From positions 20,567 through 72,921 of the forward strand of contig CAZLXP010000002.1 of NCBI GenBank assembly GCA_964563535.1: a stretch of 52,355 bases of DNA, written 5' to 3'. The position numbers were made by a program, and so were the translations under genes. Positions within the stretch are counted from its first letter, which is position 1; each line of letters opens with the position of its first letter. Below the pieces are notes generated by a model that saw nothing but the letters and a program-made list of their open reading frames with translations, was not told where the DNA came from and made no database searches. This stretch comes from an uncultured bacterium. GTDB taxonomy: Bacteria; RBG-13-66-14; B26-G2; WVWN01. Below are positions 37,696 to 45,855 of this stretch, piece by piece.

Positions 37696-38532
37696 ATGGC
37701 AGCTAAGACCGTGAAAATAGGAGGCGCGACCGTAGGAGGCGACGCGTTCGCGCTGATCGGCGGGCCGTGCGTGATCGAGACCGAGGAACTTGCGCTCGAG
37801 ACGGCCCGGCTCGCCGCCGGCGTATGCGCCGACCTCGGCATCCCGTACGTTTACAAATCGTCGTATTCTAAGGACAATCGCTCGAGCCACGAGACGTACG
37901 GCGGCCCCGGCCCCGAGAAGGGGCTGGCCATCCTGTCCCGCGTCCGCGAGAAGGTCGGCGTTCCGGTACTCTCGGACGTCCACACCCCGGCCGAGGTCGC
38001 GGCGGCCGCCGAGGTGTTGGACTGCCTTCAGCTCCCCGCGTATCTATCCAAACAGACCCAGCTCGCGCTGGCCATCGGGGCGGCGGGGAAACCGGTAAAC
38101 GTAAAAAAAGCGCAGTTCTTTAAACCGGAGCAAATAGCCGTGCCGTTGCGAAAAATCGAATCGACGGGCAACCGCCAAATCGTGATTACGGAACGCGGTA
38201 CCGTCTTCGGGTATGGCGACATCGTCTTCGACCCCCGTTCGCTGGTCACGCTCCGGCGATTCGGCTATCCCGTGTTCTTCGACGTTACCCACGTCGTCCG
38301 TCTGCCGGGCACGACGAGCGACGACCCGGCCGGAGGCTTACGCGATTTTATTTTCCCGTTGGCGCGGGCGGCTTGCGGCGCCGGCATCGACGGCCTGTTT
38401 CTCGAGTTCCACCCCGAACCGGAACGGGCGCTGTGCGACGCGGCGAGTATGTTGCCTATAGCACGGCTACGCGAATTATTGCAACAGTGTCTGGAAATAC
38501 ACTCGCGGGTGAGAGGTTGGCCGGACAACTGA
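37696..38532 (+). CDS. kdsA: 3-deoxy-8-phosphooctulonate (KDO-8-P) synthase
   Basis: 278 aa. LIGGPCVIE, YKSSYSKDNRSS-like (FKSSFDKANRSS family pattern), DVTHVV...PG. Confidence 0.9.
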   Translation: MAAKTVKIGGATVGGDAFALIGGPCVIETEELALETARLAAGVCADLGIPYVYKSSYSKDNRSSHETYGGPGPEKGLAILSRVREKVGVPVLSDVHTPAEVAAAAEVLDCLQLPAYLSKQTQLALAIGAAGKPVNVKKAQFFKPEQIAVPLRKIESTGNRQIVITERGTVFGYGDIVFDPRSLVTLRRFGYPVFFDVTHVVRLPGTTSDDPAGGLRDFIFPLARAACGAGIDGLFLEFHPEPERALCDAASMLPIARLRELLQQCLEIHSRVRGWPDN

Positions 38533-39515
38533 TGATCCGGGACGTCAAAAAAGACGGGCGACGCGTCGTGGCCATCGAGGCCGAGGCGGTTCGCGCGCTC
38601 GCCGACCACGTGGACGACAACTTCGCGGGCGCGGCGAACGCCATCCTATCCTCCGCCGGCCGAACGATCCTGTTGGGGATAGGGAAGTCCGGCATCATAG
38701 CCCAGAAGATCGCGGCCACCCTTTCGTCTACGGGTACGGCGTCCTTTTTCTTGCACCCGGCGGAAGGAGCCCACGGCGATCTGGGGATGGTCCGCCCGGG
38801 CGACGTGGCGGTAGCCGTCTCGTACAGCGGCGAAACGCCCGAGATATTATGCCTCGTCCCGGCGTTTAAGGCGCTGGGGGTAACGCTCGTCGCGATGACG
38901 GGCAACCGCGAATCGACGCTCGCGCGCGAAGCGGATTACGTGATAAATACGTCGGTCGACCGGGAGGCTTGTCCTTTGGGGCTCGTCCCCACGGCCAGCA
39001 CTACCGCGGCTCTCGTAATGGGCGACGCGCTCGCGGTATGCGTAATGCGCAAAAGGGACTTCCGGGAAGAGGATTTCGCCGCGGTCCATCCCGGCGGGAC
39101 GTTGGGGCGACGATTGGTCTCCAAAATCTCCGAGTTGGGACATACCGGCGACGAAATACCGCGGGTGGCGGCGACGGTTACGTTCGCCGAGGCCGTGGCG
39201 GAGATGAGCGCGAAAAAGTTCGGCATTACGGCCGTAACCGACGGCGAAGGCCGGTTGGCAGGGGTTATTACGGACGGCGATGTGCGACGGGCGTACGAGC
39301 GAGGTATGGCTAAGCCGGGCCATACGGCGGCCGACGTAATGACGCGCGACCCCAAAACTATCGGGTACGACGCGACGGGCGCCGCCGCCCTTCACGTCAT
39401 GGAGAAATACCAAATCACGGCATTATTCATGCTCGACGCGGAAGGGCGGCCGGCGGCCATCGTCCATATCCACGATATTTTGGGACGCGGCGCCGCGACG
39501 GTGAATTTCGACTGA
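38532..39515 (+). CDS. kdsD: Arabinose-5-phosphate isomerase (SIS + 2 CBS domains)
   Basis: The ATG at 38532 shares one base with the kdsA TGA (TGATG). GIGKSGIIAQKIAATLSSTG...HPAEGAHGDLGMV plus a tandem CBS C-terminus. The tracked 38373 start overlaps kdsA. Confidence 0.9.
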   Translation: MIRDVKKDGRRVVAIEAEAVRALADHVDDNFAGAANAILSSAGRTILLGIGKSGIIAQKIAATLSSTGTASFFLHPAEGAHGDLGMVRPGDVAVAVSYSGETPEILCLVPAFKALGVTLVAMTGNRESTLAREADYVINTSVDREACPLGLVPTASTTAALVMGDALAVCVMRKRDFREEDFAAVHPGGTLGRRLVSKISELGHTGDEIPRVAATVTFAEAVAEMSAKKFGITAVTDGEGRLAGVITDGDVRRAYERGMAKPGHTAADVMTRDPKTIGYDATGAAALHVMEKYQITALFMLDAEGRPAAIVHIHDILGRGAATVNFD

Positions 39516-40129
39516 TGTACAAAGACACGACATTAATTGTCGCAGCCTCGTTAATCGTCGCCGCGTGGGCGGCCGTCGGGTGCCGCGAGAGCGACGAGGA
39601 ACTCCCGCCGCCGGCTAAAAATATCCCGACCCAGGTCATAGACAACTTCACCCTTACCGAGACGGAGGGCGAGAACGTATCTTGGCGGCTTAAAGCCAAA
39701 CGGGCGGATATCTACGACTACGCTAACGAGGCTAAGGTATTCGGCGTGTACGTTGATTTCTACGAGGAGGGCGTATACAGTTCGACGCTTACCTCTCGCG
39801 AGGGCAAAGTGGATTTACTCCGGCATAGCATGCAAGCTCGGGGAAACGTCGTTTTGGTATCCCGCAAAGACGGCGCGGTCTTGAAAACGGAGGAGCTCAA
39901 TTGGGACGCGGACTCCGGCCGCATATATTCCGACGCCCATTGCACGCTCGAGCGAGGCCACAGCGTCATTCGCGGCGAGGGTTTCAACGCCACCCCCGGC
40001 CTGGAGTCGTTCTCCACCCACCAACTCGACGCCGACATTCTCGAAAAAGAGATGAGCGGCCTGGAGACCAGGCCGCGCCGAGGAACGGCGGGCGGCACCG
40101 CCGAAAACGCGGACAAAGGTCCCAAATAA
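39515..40129 (+). CDS. lptC: LPS export system protein LptC-like lipoprotein
   Basis: 204 aa. Signal plus Cys ([11 protein letters not shown]). Repeated-strand LptC/OstA-like pattern (F.L.E..GE...W.L.A..A....). The ATG shares one base with the kdsD TGA. Confidence 0.7.
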   Translation: MYKDTTLIVAASLIVAAWAAVGCRESDEELPPPAKNIPTQVIDNFTLTETEGENVSWRLKAKRADIYDYANEAKVFGVYVDFYEEGVYSSTLTSREGKVDLLRHSMQARGNVVLVSRKDGAVLKTEELNWDADSGRIYSDAHCTLERGHSVIRGEGFNATPGLESFSTHQLDADILEKEMSGLETRPRRGTAGGTAENADKGPK

Positions 40130-40611
40130 TGAGGTGTCCTTATTGCGGCGAAGTCGAGGATAGGGTAGTCGACTCGCGGGGGGTCGACGACGGCCACGTG
40201 ATCCGGCGGCGGCGCGAATGCCGTTCCTGCGGCCGGCGCTTCACGACGTACGAACGGCGAGAAGAAGTCCCCATGCTCGTGATAAAGAAAGACGGGACGC
40301 GCCAGCCGTTCAGCCGCGAAAAGATCGTCAAGGGGATAATGACGGCGTGCGAAAAGAGGCCGGTATCGCACGACGATATAGTCGACCTCGTGACGAAAAT
40401 CGAGCGCGACCTGGGCGCGACGTACGAGGGAGAAATCCCCACCCGCGCCATAGGCGAGCGGGTGATGGGCGCCCTTAAAGAATTGGACGAGGTGGCTTAT
40501 ATAAGGTTCGCTTCCGTCTACAGGTCTTTCCGGGACGTGGGCGAGTTTATGAACGAACTACATAAATTAATGCGGCCGGAAGACGGGGAAAGCGAGCCCG
40601 GCGCCAAGTAA
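40129..40611 (+). CDS. nrdR: Transcriptional repressor NrdR
   Basis: [17 protein letters not shown]...[12 protein letters not shown] zinc ribbon followed by an ATP-cone. The ATG shares one base with the lptC TAA. The tracked 39901 start is an overlap artefact. Confidence 0.92.
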   Translation: MRCPYCGEVEDRVVDSRGVDDGHVIRRRRECRSCGRRFTTYERREEVPMLVIKKDGTRQPFSREKIVKGIMTACEKRPVSHDDIVDLVTKIERDLGATYEGEIPTRAIGERVMGALKELDEVAYIRFASVYRSFRDVGEFMNELHKLMRPEDGESEPGAK

Positions 40612-40644
40612 CCGCGGAGGGCGGTTAAGAAATTAGGTATAAAA

Positions 40645-41658
40645 ATGCCTGAGTTAAGAAGAGATCCGGTTGTGGGTCGTTGGGTGATTATAGCCGCCGA
40701 GCGCGCCAAAAGGCCGCAAGATTTCGTGCCTATCGAAAATACGCATACGACGGCCGAAGGCAAGCGGAATTGCCCCTTTTGCCCGGGGCGCGAAGGCGAG
40801 ACACCGCCCGAAATTATCGCGTACCGGTCCGGCGGCTCACCTCCCAATTCGCCGGGATGGACGGTCAGGGTCATTCCCAACAAATACCCGGCGCTCCAAA
40901 TCGAGGGGGAGCTCGACGCCCGGGCCGAGGGAATATACGACCGCATGAACGGTATCGGCGCCCACGAGGTTATTATCGAGACGCCCGATCACGACGCGAC
41001 GCTGGCGACGATGTCGTCGTCCCAGCTCGAGGCGATGTTTCAAGCCATCGTGGACCGGATAACCGACCTTGAAAACGACACGCGCTTCAAATATATACAG
41101 ATTTTTAAAAACGTAGGAGAGGCGGCCGGGGCTAGTCTCGAACACCCCCATAGCCAGCTTATCGCGACGCCCGTCGTTCCCAAACGCATTACGGAAGAGC
41201 TCTCGGGGGCGTTGGCCCACTACGAATATAAGGAACGGTGCGTTTTCTGCGACATCGTACGCCAGGAGTCCGACGATGAAGCGCGGTTGGTTTTCGCCGA
41301 CGACGTGATCGTTTCGTTCGTCCCTTTTGCGCCCCGGTTCCCGTTCGAGATTCAAGTCGTACCCAGGCGCCACGTGTCTTCCTTCAAAAACATCGTCGAC
41401 GAGGAAATCAAACACTTGGCAGTCCATTTAAAATTGATTATAGGGAAGATCGATGGCCTGTTGCGTACCCCGCCTTATAACATGGTGCTTCATACCGCGC
41501 CGTGCCGTCTGGACGAGCTTCGGCATTACCACTGGCATATCGAAATCATTCCCAAGTTGGCAAATGTAGCCGGTTTCGAGTGGGGGACCGGTTTCTATAT
41601 AAACCCCACCATCCCCGAACAAGTAGCGGAACATTTACGGGTGTACAGTACCGACTGA
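40645..41658 (+). CDS. galT: Galactose-1-phosphate uridylyltransferase-family (class I HIT) nucleotidyltransferase
   Basis: 337 aa. MPELRRDPV.GRWVI, CPFCPG zinc site, and the HPHSQ active-site HxHxQ motif. Confidence 0.85.
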   Translation: MPELRRDPVVGRWVIIAAERAKRPQDFVPIENTHTTAEGKRNCPFCPGREGETPPEIIAYRSGGSPPNSPGWTVRVIPNKYPALQIEGELDARAEGIYDRMNGIGAHEVIIETPDHDATLATMSSSQLEAMFQAIVDRITDLENDTRFKYIQIFKNVGEAAGASLEHPHSQLIATPVVPKRITEELSGALAHYEYKERCVFCDIVRQESDDEARLVFADDVIVSFVPFAPRFPFEIQVVPRRHVSSFKNIVDEEIKHLAVHLKLIIGKIDGLLRTPPYNMVLHTAPCRLDELRHYHWHIEIIPKLANVAGFEWGTGFYINPTIPEQVAEHLRVYSTD

Positions 41659-41665
41659 GGTTCTT

Positions 41666-43165
41666 ATGGCTAAGTCGCCCATCGTCTTGGTCGTTTCGGA
41701 AGCCGTACCGTTCGCCAAAACCGGCGGCCTGGCGGACGTCGCCGGCTCTCTCCCCAAAGGGTTGGCGAAAATCGGCGCCAAACCGATACTCATAATGCCG
41801 TACTACAAAGAAGTGGCCCGAGGAGGTTTCGGCGAGAAGAAGGTGGGCCGTTTGGAGGTGCCGGTCGGCGCCAATAGGATAACTACCACCGTATACGCGA
41901 CCGACATACCGGATACGGATATCCCGGCGTTTTTCCTGGCCTACGACCCGTATTTTTACCGGGACGGCTTATACCAGGAGAAAGGGATCGATTATCCCGA
42001 TAACGCGGAGCGCTTCACGCTGTTATGTCGCGGGGCGCTGGAATTGATAGTGGCCGAAAACATGCGCCCGGCCTGCGTACACGGCCACGATTGGCAAACG
42101 GGTTTAATCCCGGTATATATAAGAGACCATTACGCCGCGGAACTCGGCGATACCGCAACGTTGTTCACGATCCATAACACCGGTTACCAGGGCAACTTCG
42201 ACAAGAAGTATTTTCCCATAACGAACATTAATTGGAACCGCTTCCAAATAAACGATATGGAGTTTTTCGGGCAATTCTCTTTTTTGAAGGCCGGCATCGT
42301 GCACGCCGACGTGATTAGTACCGTAAGTGAAAGGTACAGCGAAGAGATACAGACGCCCGAGTTCGGCTTTGTTATGGACGGCGTTCTGCGGCAACGACGC
42401 GGCGACCTATACGGCGTTCTCAACGGCATTGATTATTCCATCTGGAATGCCAAGAAGGACCCTTACCTGGCCGCAAATTACCGCCCCGAGAATCTCAAGG
42501 GCAAAGCTATATGTAAATACGCGCTCGAGAAAGAAAACGGCTTCCAGCACGAAAGCAAAAAGGCCCTCGTCGGCATTATTTCCCGGCTCGCCGACCAAAA
42601 GGGCTTCGACATCCTCGTGGACGGGATCGACGGCATACTGCAATTGCCGTGTCGTTACGTTTTGCTCGGGACGGGGGACCGGAAATATCACCGCCTCTTC
42701 GAGGAGGTGGCGAAGCGCCATCCTAAAAAGTTCTCCGCGCACCTCTTGTTCGACGACGTGATGGCCCATCGCATATACGCGGGCGCAGATATGATATTGA
42801 TGCCGTCGCGGTACGAGCCGTGCGGGTTGGGCCAGATGATAGCCATGTCGTATGGAACCGTGCCCGTAGTAAGGGCGACGGGGGGGTTGGCAGATACCGT
42901 CGTCGACGCCGACCATAATAAAAGGGAGGGCGTCGGCTTCACGTTCGAACGCTACACGGATCGGGCGATGGTAGAGGCGATCGAAAGGGCTATCGCGGCG
43001 TACGCGCGGCCGCGACGTTGGCGAAACATTATGCGGCGTGCGATGGCGAAAGATTTTTCGTGGGAACGGTCGGCGCGGGCGTATATGAAACTATATCGCT
43101 TGGCGAAGAAGAAGAGAGCGGAAAGGCGGGGGAAAACCAAATGTGAAACCCCGGCCGGGACGTAA
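41666..43165 (+). CDS. glgA: Glycogen (starch) synthase, GT5
   Basis: 499 aa. SEAVPFAKTGGLADV N-terminal motif, HDWQT, PSRYEPCGL. Confidence 0.92.
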   Translation: MAKSPIVLVVSEAVPFAKTGGLADVAGSLPKGLAKIGAKPILIMPYYKEVARGGFGEKKVGRLEVPVGANRITTTVYATDIPDTDIPAFFLAYDPYFYRDGLYQEKGIDYPDNAERFTLLCRGALELIVAENMRPACVHGHDWQTGLIPVYIRDHYAAELGDTATLFTIHNTGYQGNFDKKYFPITNINWNRFQINDMEFFGQFSFLKAGIVHADVISTVSERYSEEIQTPEFGFVMDGVLRQRRGDLYGVLNGIDYSIWNAKKDPYLAANYRPENLKGKAICKYALEKENGFQHESKKALVGIISRLADQKGFDILVDGIDGILQLPCRYVLLGTGDRKYHRLFEEVAKRHPKKFSAHLLFDDVMAHRIYAGADMILMPSRYEPCGLGQMIAMSYGTVPVVRATGGLADTVVDADHNKREGVGFTFERYTDRAMVEAIERAIAAYARPRRWRNIMRRAMAKDFSWERSARAYMKLYRLAKKKRAERRGKTKCETPAGT

Positions 43166-43177
43166 TCGAGGCCGGGG
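43149..43177. terminator. GC-rich hairpin spanning the glgA stop codon (possible bidirectional terminator)
   Basis: CCCCGGCC (43149..43156) pairs with GGCCGGGG (43170..43177) across a 13-nt loop containing the TAA stop. A/T-rich sequence follows on the plus strand. Confidence 0.45.
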
Positions 43178-43186
43178 ATGTTTAAG

Positions 43187-43214
43187 TATTAAACAAAATT
43201 ATATTATGTATATT
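43187..43214 (+). repeat. Degenerate dif-like half-site copy
   Basis: TATTAAACAAA-ATTATA-TTATGTATATT. It shares the 10-mer TATATTATGT (43200..43209) with the stronger site (43286..43295). The XerD-type arm is good and the XerC-type arm is poor. Confidence 0.35.
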
Positions 43215-43272
43215 AATAAAACATTGGAAATAAAGGAGATATATAGGAATTAAGGTAATACTAAATATAGAT

Positions 43273-43300
43273 ACGTCTGATAATATATATTATGTTAACA
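43273..43300 (+). other. dif: Candidate chromosome dimer resolution site (dif, XerC/D target)
   Basis: ACGTCTGATAA-TATATA-TTATGTTAACA. By my alignment it matches 22/28 to B. subtilis dif (ACTTCCTAGAA TATATA TTATGTAAACT) and 9/11 in the XerD arm to E. coli dif (TTATGTTAAAT). It sits in a convergent intergenic AT island. Confidence 0.6.
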
Positions 43301-43316
43301 ATACCTCGACGCATAA

Positions 43317-43406
43317 TTATTTCTTTTTATGCCGATCCGCCCGCGACCTTTTTTTCCTTTTATGCTTCGCTATTTTTTCCCGTTTTCTCTTTTTGGGACA
43401 GCCCAT
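43317..43406 (-). CDS. Untracked 29-aa hyper-basic small ORF (MGCPKKRKREKIAKHKRKKRSRADRHKKK)
   Basis: Translated by hand. The ATG at 43406 is preceded by GAGGTGA with a 4-nt spacer, and the stop is TAA at 43317..43319. It starts 38 nt downstream of the IHF/HU gene on the same strand. 19 of 29 residues are K/R/H. Confidence 0.4.
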   Translation of the reverse strand: MGCPKKRKREKIAKHKRKKRSRADRHKKK

Positions 43407-43444
43407 CTGTCACCTCTGCTCTCGTCGTTTTTATATTTAACCGC

Positions 43445-43735
43445 TTATCCTTCGACGCCGCCTTCATCAAGTAACCTTTTCAGCGTTTTAGAGGCGCGAA
43501 AAGTAGCCGAAACCTTCGGCAATACGTATACCTGTTCGCCCGTTTTTGGGTTCCGGGCCGTACGGGCCGGCCGGCTTTTCACCGCGAAGGAACCGAAACC
43601 CCGCAGTTCTACCTTCTCTCCTTGGGCTAAGGCATCGCTTATGGTTTCGAGGATGGCATCTACTACGCTAATGGCCTCTTTTTGAATTAAACTATGACGT
43701 TTCGCGATGGAACGCGCCAGGTCCGCTTTCGTCAT
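43445..43735 (-). CDS. Integration host factor / HU-family DNA-binding protein (IHF-beta-like)
   Basis: 96 aa. MTKADL...RGFGSFAVKSRPARTARNPKTGEQV is the IHF/HU signature, including the beta-arm RNPKTG. AAGGAGGT RBS. Confidence 0.9.
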   Translation of the reverse strand: MTKADLARSIAKRHSLIQKEAISVVDAILETISDALAQGEKVELRGFGSFAVKSRPARTARNPKTGEQVYVLPKVSATFRASKTLKRLLDEGGVEG

Positions 43736-43833
43736 ACCCGCCGACCTCCTTGTTATACAAGGCCCGGGCGATAACCGCCAAAGTAACGGGGCCGGGCCAA
43801 GCGAATTAAATTTTCCCGCCGTAATTTACGCCG

Positions 43834-44787
43834 CTAAGGGTTTATCGCCGCCTGTTTCGCCTTTCGCCGCCGGCGTTGGAAAAACCATATTATAAGCCTT
43901 ATTATCAATACCAGTATTATTAGTATTATAATAAACGGCAGTAATACGATTATGGCCTGGATTATGAAAATACATATCCGCAACGCTATCCGGAGGGCTT
44001 CTCTTAAAGCTTTCCCGAAGCTGTAACCTGTAGGAACCGCGGCGTGAGGCTCTTCGAGGTGGATAGTAATCGTTGACAGCCCTATTCGGGAATCGAGGTA
44101 GCGTAATTCCCCTTTAAAACGCTCGATATTCTCGGTTACGCGCTCAATCTCGCGCTCTACCTCTAATATATCCGAGACGGTCGCCGTCCGCTTCGCGAGG
44201 ATCTCGAGGTACCGGGCGCGTGCCGCTTCGGCGTTCGCGAGGCGCGCTCGGAGGTCTACGTACTTTTCCGTTACGTCCTCCGTCGTACTATTTTCCGAAC
44301 GCGGCCGCCCCACCTCCCGTAACGCCCTTATCGTTTCGTCGAACTTCGACGGATGAACCTTTAAAGTTACCGAGCCCAGCGCGTAACCCTCCTCGGCTAC
44401 GGAACGGCTCGTTTCGACGACGAGCGCTTTCTCGGCCGCCGCTACGGCGTAGACTTTTTCGAACCCTTTCTCTACGTCGTCCACCTCGCACGTCAGGTCC
44501 CCCGTCTTAATGAGCTTCAACTCGCCGGTCATTTCGGCGGCATTCGCCTCCGCGAGGCCGGTGAAAACGTCCTCTCCGCGCGTAACCTCGCCTTTCGCCG
44601 GAGCCGGTGTCTTTTCCGCTAAGGGCTTTTCGCCCTCGGCAGCCTTGAATCCGGGCTCGGCCGGCGCCGCTTCCGGCGCGGCCCCTTCCTCGCTCAACGC
44701 CGGCGTTTCCGCCGCTTTTTTTGCGCAACCCAGGATAAGGAGAAACGCAGCGCTTAAAAGTACTAGTATTATCGTCGATTTACGCAC
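43834..44787 (-). CDS. DUF4349-like lipoprotein with C-terminal TM segments
   Basis: 317 aa. Lipobox LILGC, an Ala/Pro/Glu-rich linker, a coiled-coil segment (ANAEAARARYLEIL...) and an Ile-rich C-terminal membrane anchor. This is the DUF4349 architecture. Confidence 0.55.
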   Translation of the reverse strand: MRKSTIILVLLSAAFLLILGCAKKAAETPALSEEGAAPEAAPAEPGFKAAEGEKPLAEKTPAPAKGEVTRGEDVFTGLAEANAAEMTGELKLIKTGDLTCEVDDVEKGFEKVYAVAAAEKALVVETSRSVAEEGYALGSVTLKVHPSKFDETIRALREVGRPRSENSTTEDVTEKYVDLRARLANAEAARARYLEILAKRTATVSDILEVEREIERVTENIERFKGELRYLDSRIGLSTITIHLEEPHAAVPTGYSFGKALREALRIALRICIFIIQAIIVLLPFIIILIILVLIIRLIIWFFQRRRRKAKQAAINP

Positions 44788-44869
44788 GTCGCAACTCCCC
44801 GGGTTGATGTTCCATTATGCGGTCGCGTATGGCCGGCGGATTCCGTACCGGGCCGCCGTTTATGCCGTA

Positions 44870-45814
44870 TTAATAAAGAGAATATTTAAACTCGACGCGC
44901 GTCGGGGGGTCGCCCCAACCTAACAGCTCTGCCCGAACGCGTCCGAAAAGTACGTCGTATAACGAAGGTTCCTTGGCCTTCTTCCTCACGATGACAGGGC
45001 GCCCCTTGACGCCGATCTCTTCCGCGACGTCTCGTAAACACTTTTGGAAGTTCCCCAATTCGTCGACGAACCCCAGTTCTTGGGCTTGGCGGCCGGAGAA
45101 TATCCGGCCGTCGGCGTAATCCATGACGTACCGGCGTACGCGGTAGGCCGTGGGCGATTCGACGCCCAGGGCTTTAAGTTTGGCGGATATAACCGGGCGG
45201 CGCGCTCCCGCGACCACGTCCACGAACTCTTGGTAGACGTCGTCCACCGTCTCGCCCAGAAGCGCTTCTTCTTCCGGCGTCATAGGCCTTAAGGGCGAAC
45301 CGATGTCCTTGTAGCGGCCGCTCTTTATGGTTTTGCTCGAAAGGCCGATTTTGCCGAAAAGGCCCTCCACGTTGGTGAACGTCATAATAACGCCGATAGA
45401 CCCGGTCAGGGTTCCCGGGGCCGCGTATATTTTATCGCTCGCGCACGCAACGTAGTACGCGCCCGACGCGCCGACGTTAGACATGTACGCGTATAACTTC
45501 TTTTTCTTTTCTTTTAGCTTGAGGAGTTCCGCGTATATCTCTTGCGACGGCGCCACGGCGCCGCCCGGGCTATCGATATATATAACGACGGCGGCTACCG
45601 TAGGGTCGTCGCGGTAAGAATGGATCACGTTTATTATTTCCTCGGACGACGTTATAGACCCGCGTATATCCAAGACGGCGATTTTTTTACCCACCGGCGA
45701 ATAGGCTTTGACGTCGGGGAGGGCGCGGCATAAGACGGCGACCGCGATAACGGCCGCGCATACGGCGAACGCTATCGCTCCCCCACCCATCAACCACCAT
45801 TTCCTCGATGACAT
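44870..45814 (-). CDS. sppA: Signal peptide peptidase SppA (36K type)
   Basis: DSPGGAVAPSQEIY, ASGAYYVACA, GSIGVIM catalytic-region motifs. Start taken at MSSRKWW (45814) to avoid overlapping the TPR gene; the tracked start is 45940. Confidence 0.88.
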   Translation of the reverse strand: MSSRKWWLMGGGAIAFAVCAAVIAVAVLCRALPDVKAYSPVGKKIAVLDIRGSITSSEEIINVIHSYRDDPTVAAVVIYIDSPGGAVAPSQEIYAELLKLKEKKKKLYAYMSNVGASGAYYVACASDKIYAAPGTLTGSIGVIMTFTNVEGLFGKIGLSSKTIKSGRYKDIGSPLRPMTPEEEALLGETVDDVYQEFVDVVAGARRPVISAKLKALGVESPTAYRVRRYVMDYADGRIFSGRQAQELGFVDELGNFQKCLRDVAEEIGVKGRPVIVRKKAKEPSLYDVLFGRVRAELLGWGDPPTRVEFKYSLY

Positions 45815-45855
45815 CCTTTTTCGAGCGCCTCCTGGTCGCGCGTCCCGCGCGAGTT

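Noticed and set aside
43261-43314. 17-aa minus-strand ORF MRRGIVNIIYIIRRIYI starting 2 nt after the basic small ORF, and a 15-aa plus-strand ORF MYINKTLEIKEIYRN in the AT island.
   Set aside because: Neither has an RBS, their composition is dictated by the A/T-rich sequence, and the first runs straight through the dif-like site. They are most likely chance ORFs.
43180-43316. AT-rich island as replication origin (oriC/DUE), and likewise the A/T tract at 12127..12171.
   Set aside because: There are no DnaA-box clusters (TTATCCACA-like) and no dnaA/dnaN/gidA nearby. Gene orientation converges here instead of diverging. The dif interpretation fits better for 43.2 kb, and a promoter/operator interpretation fits better for 12.1 kb.
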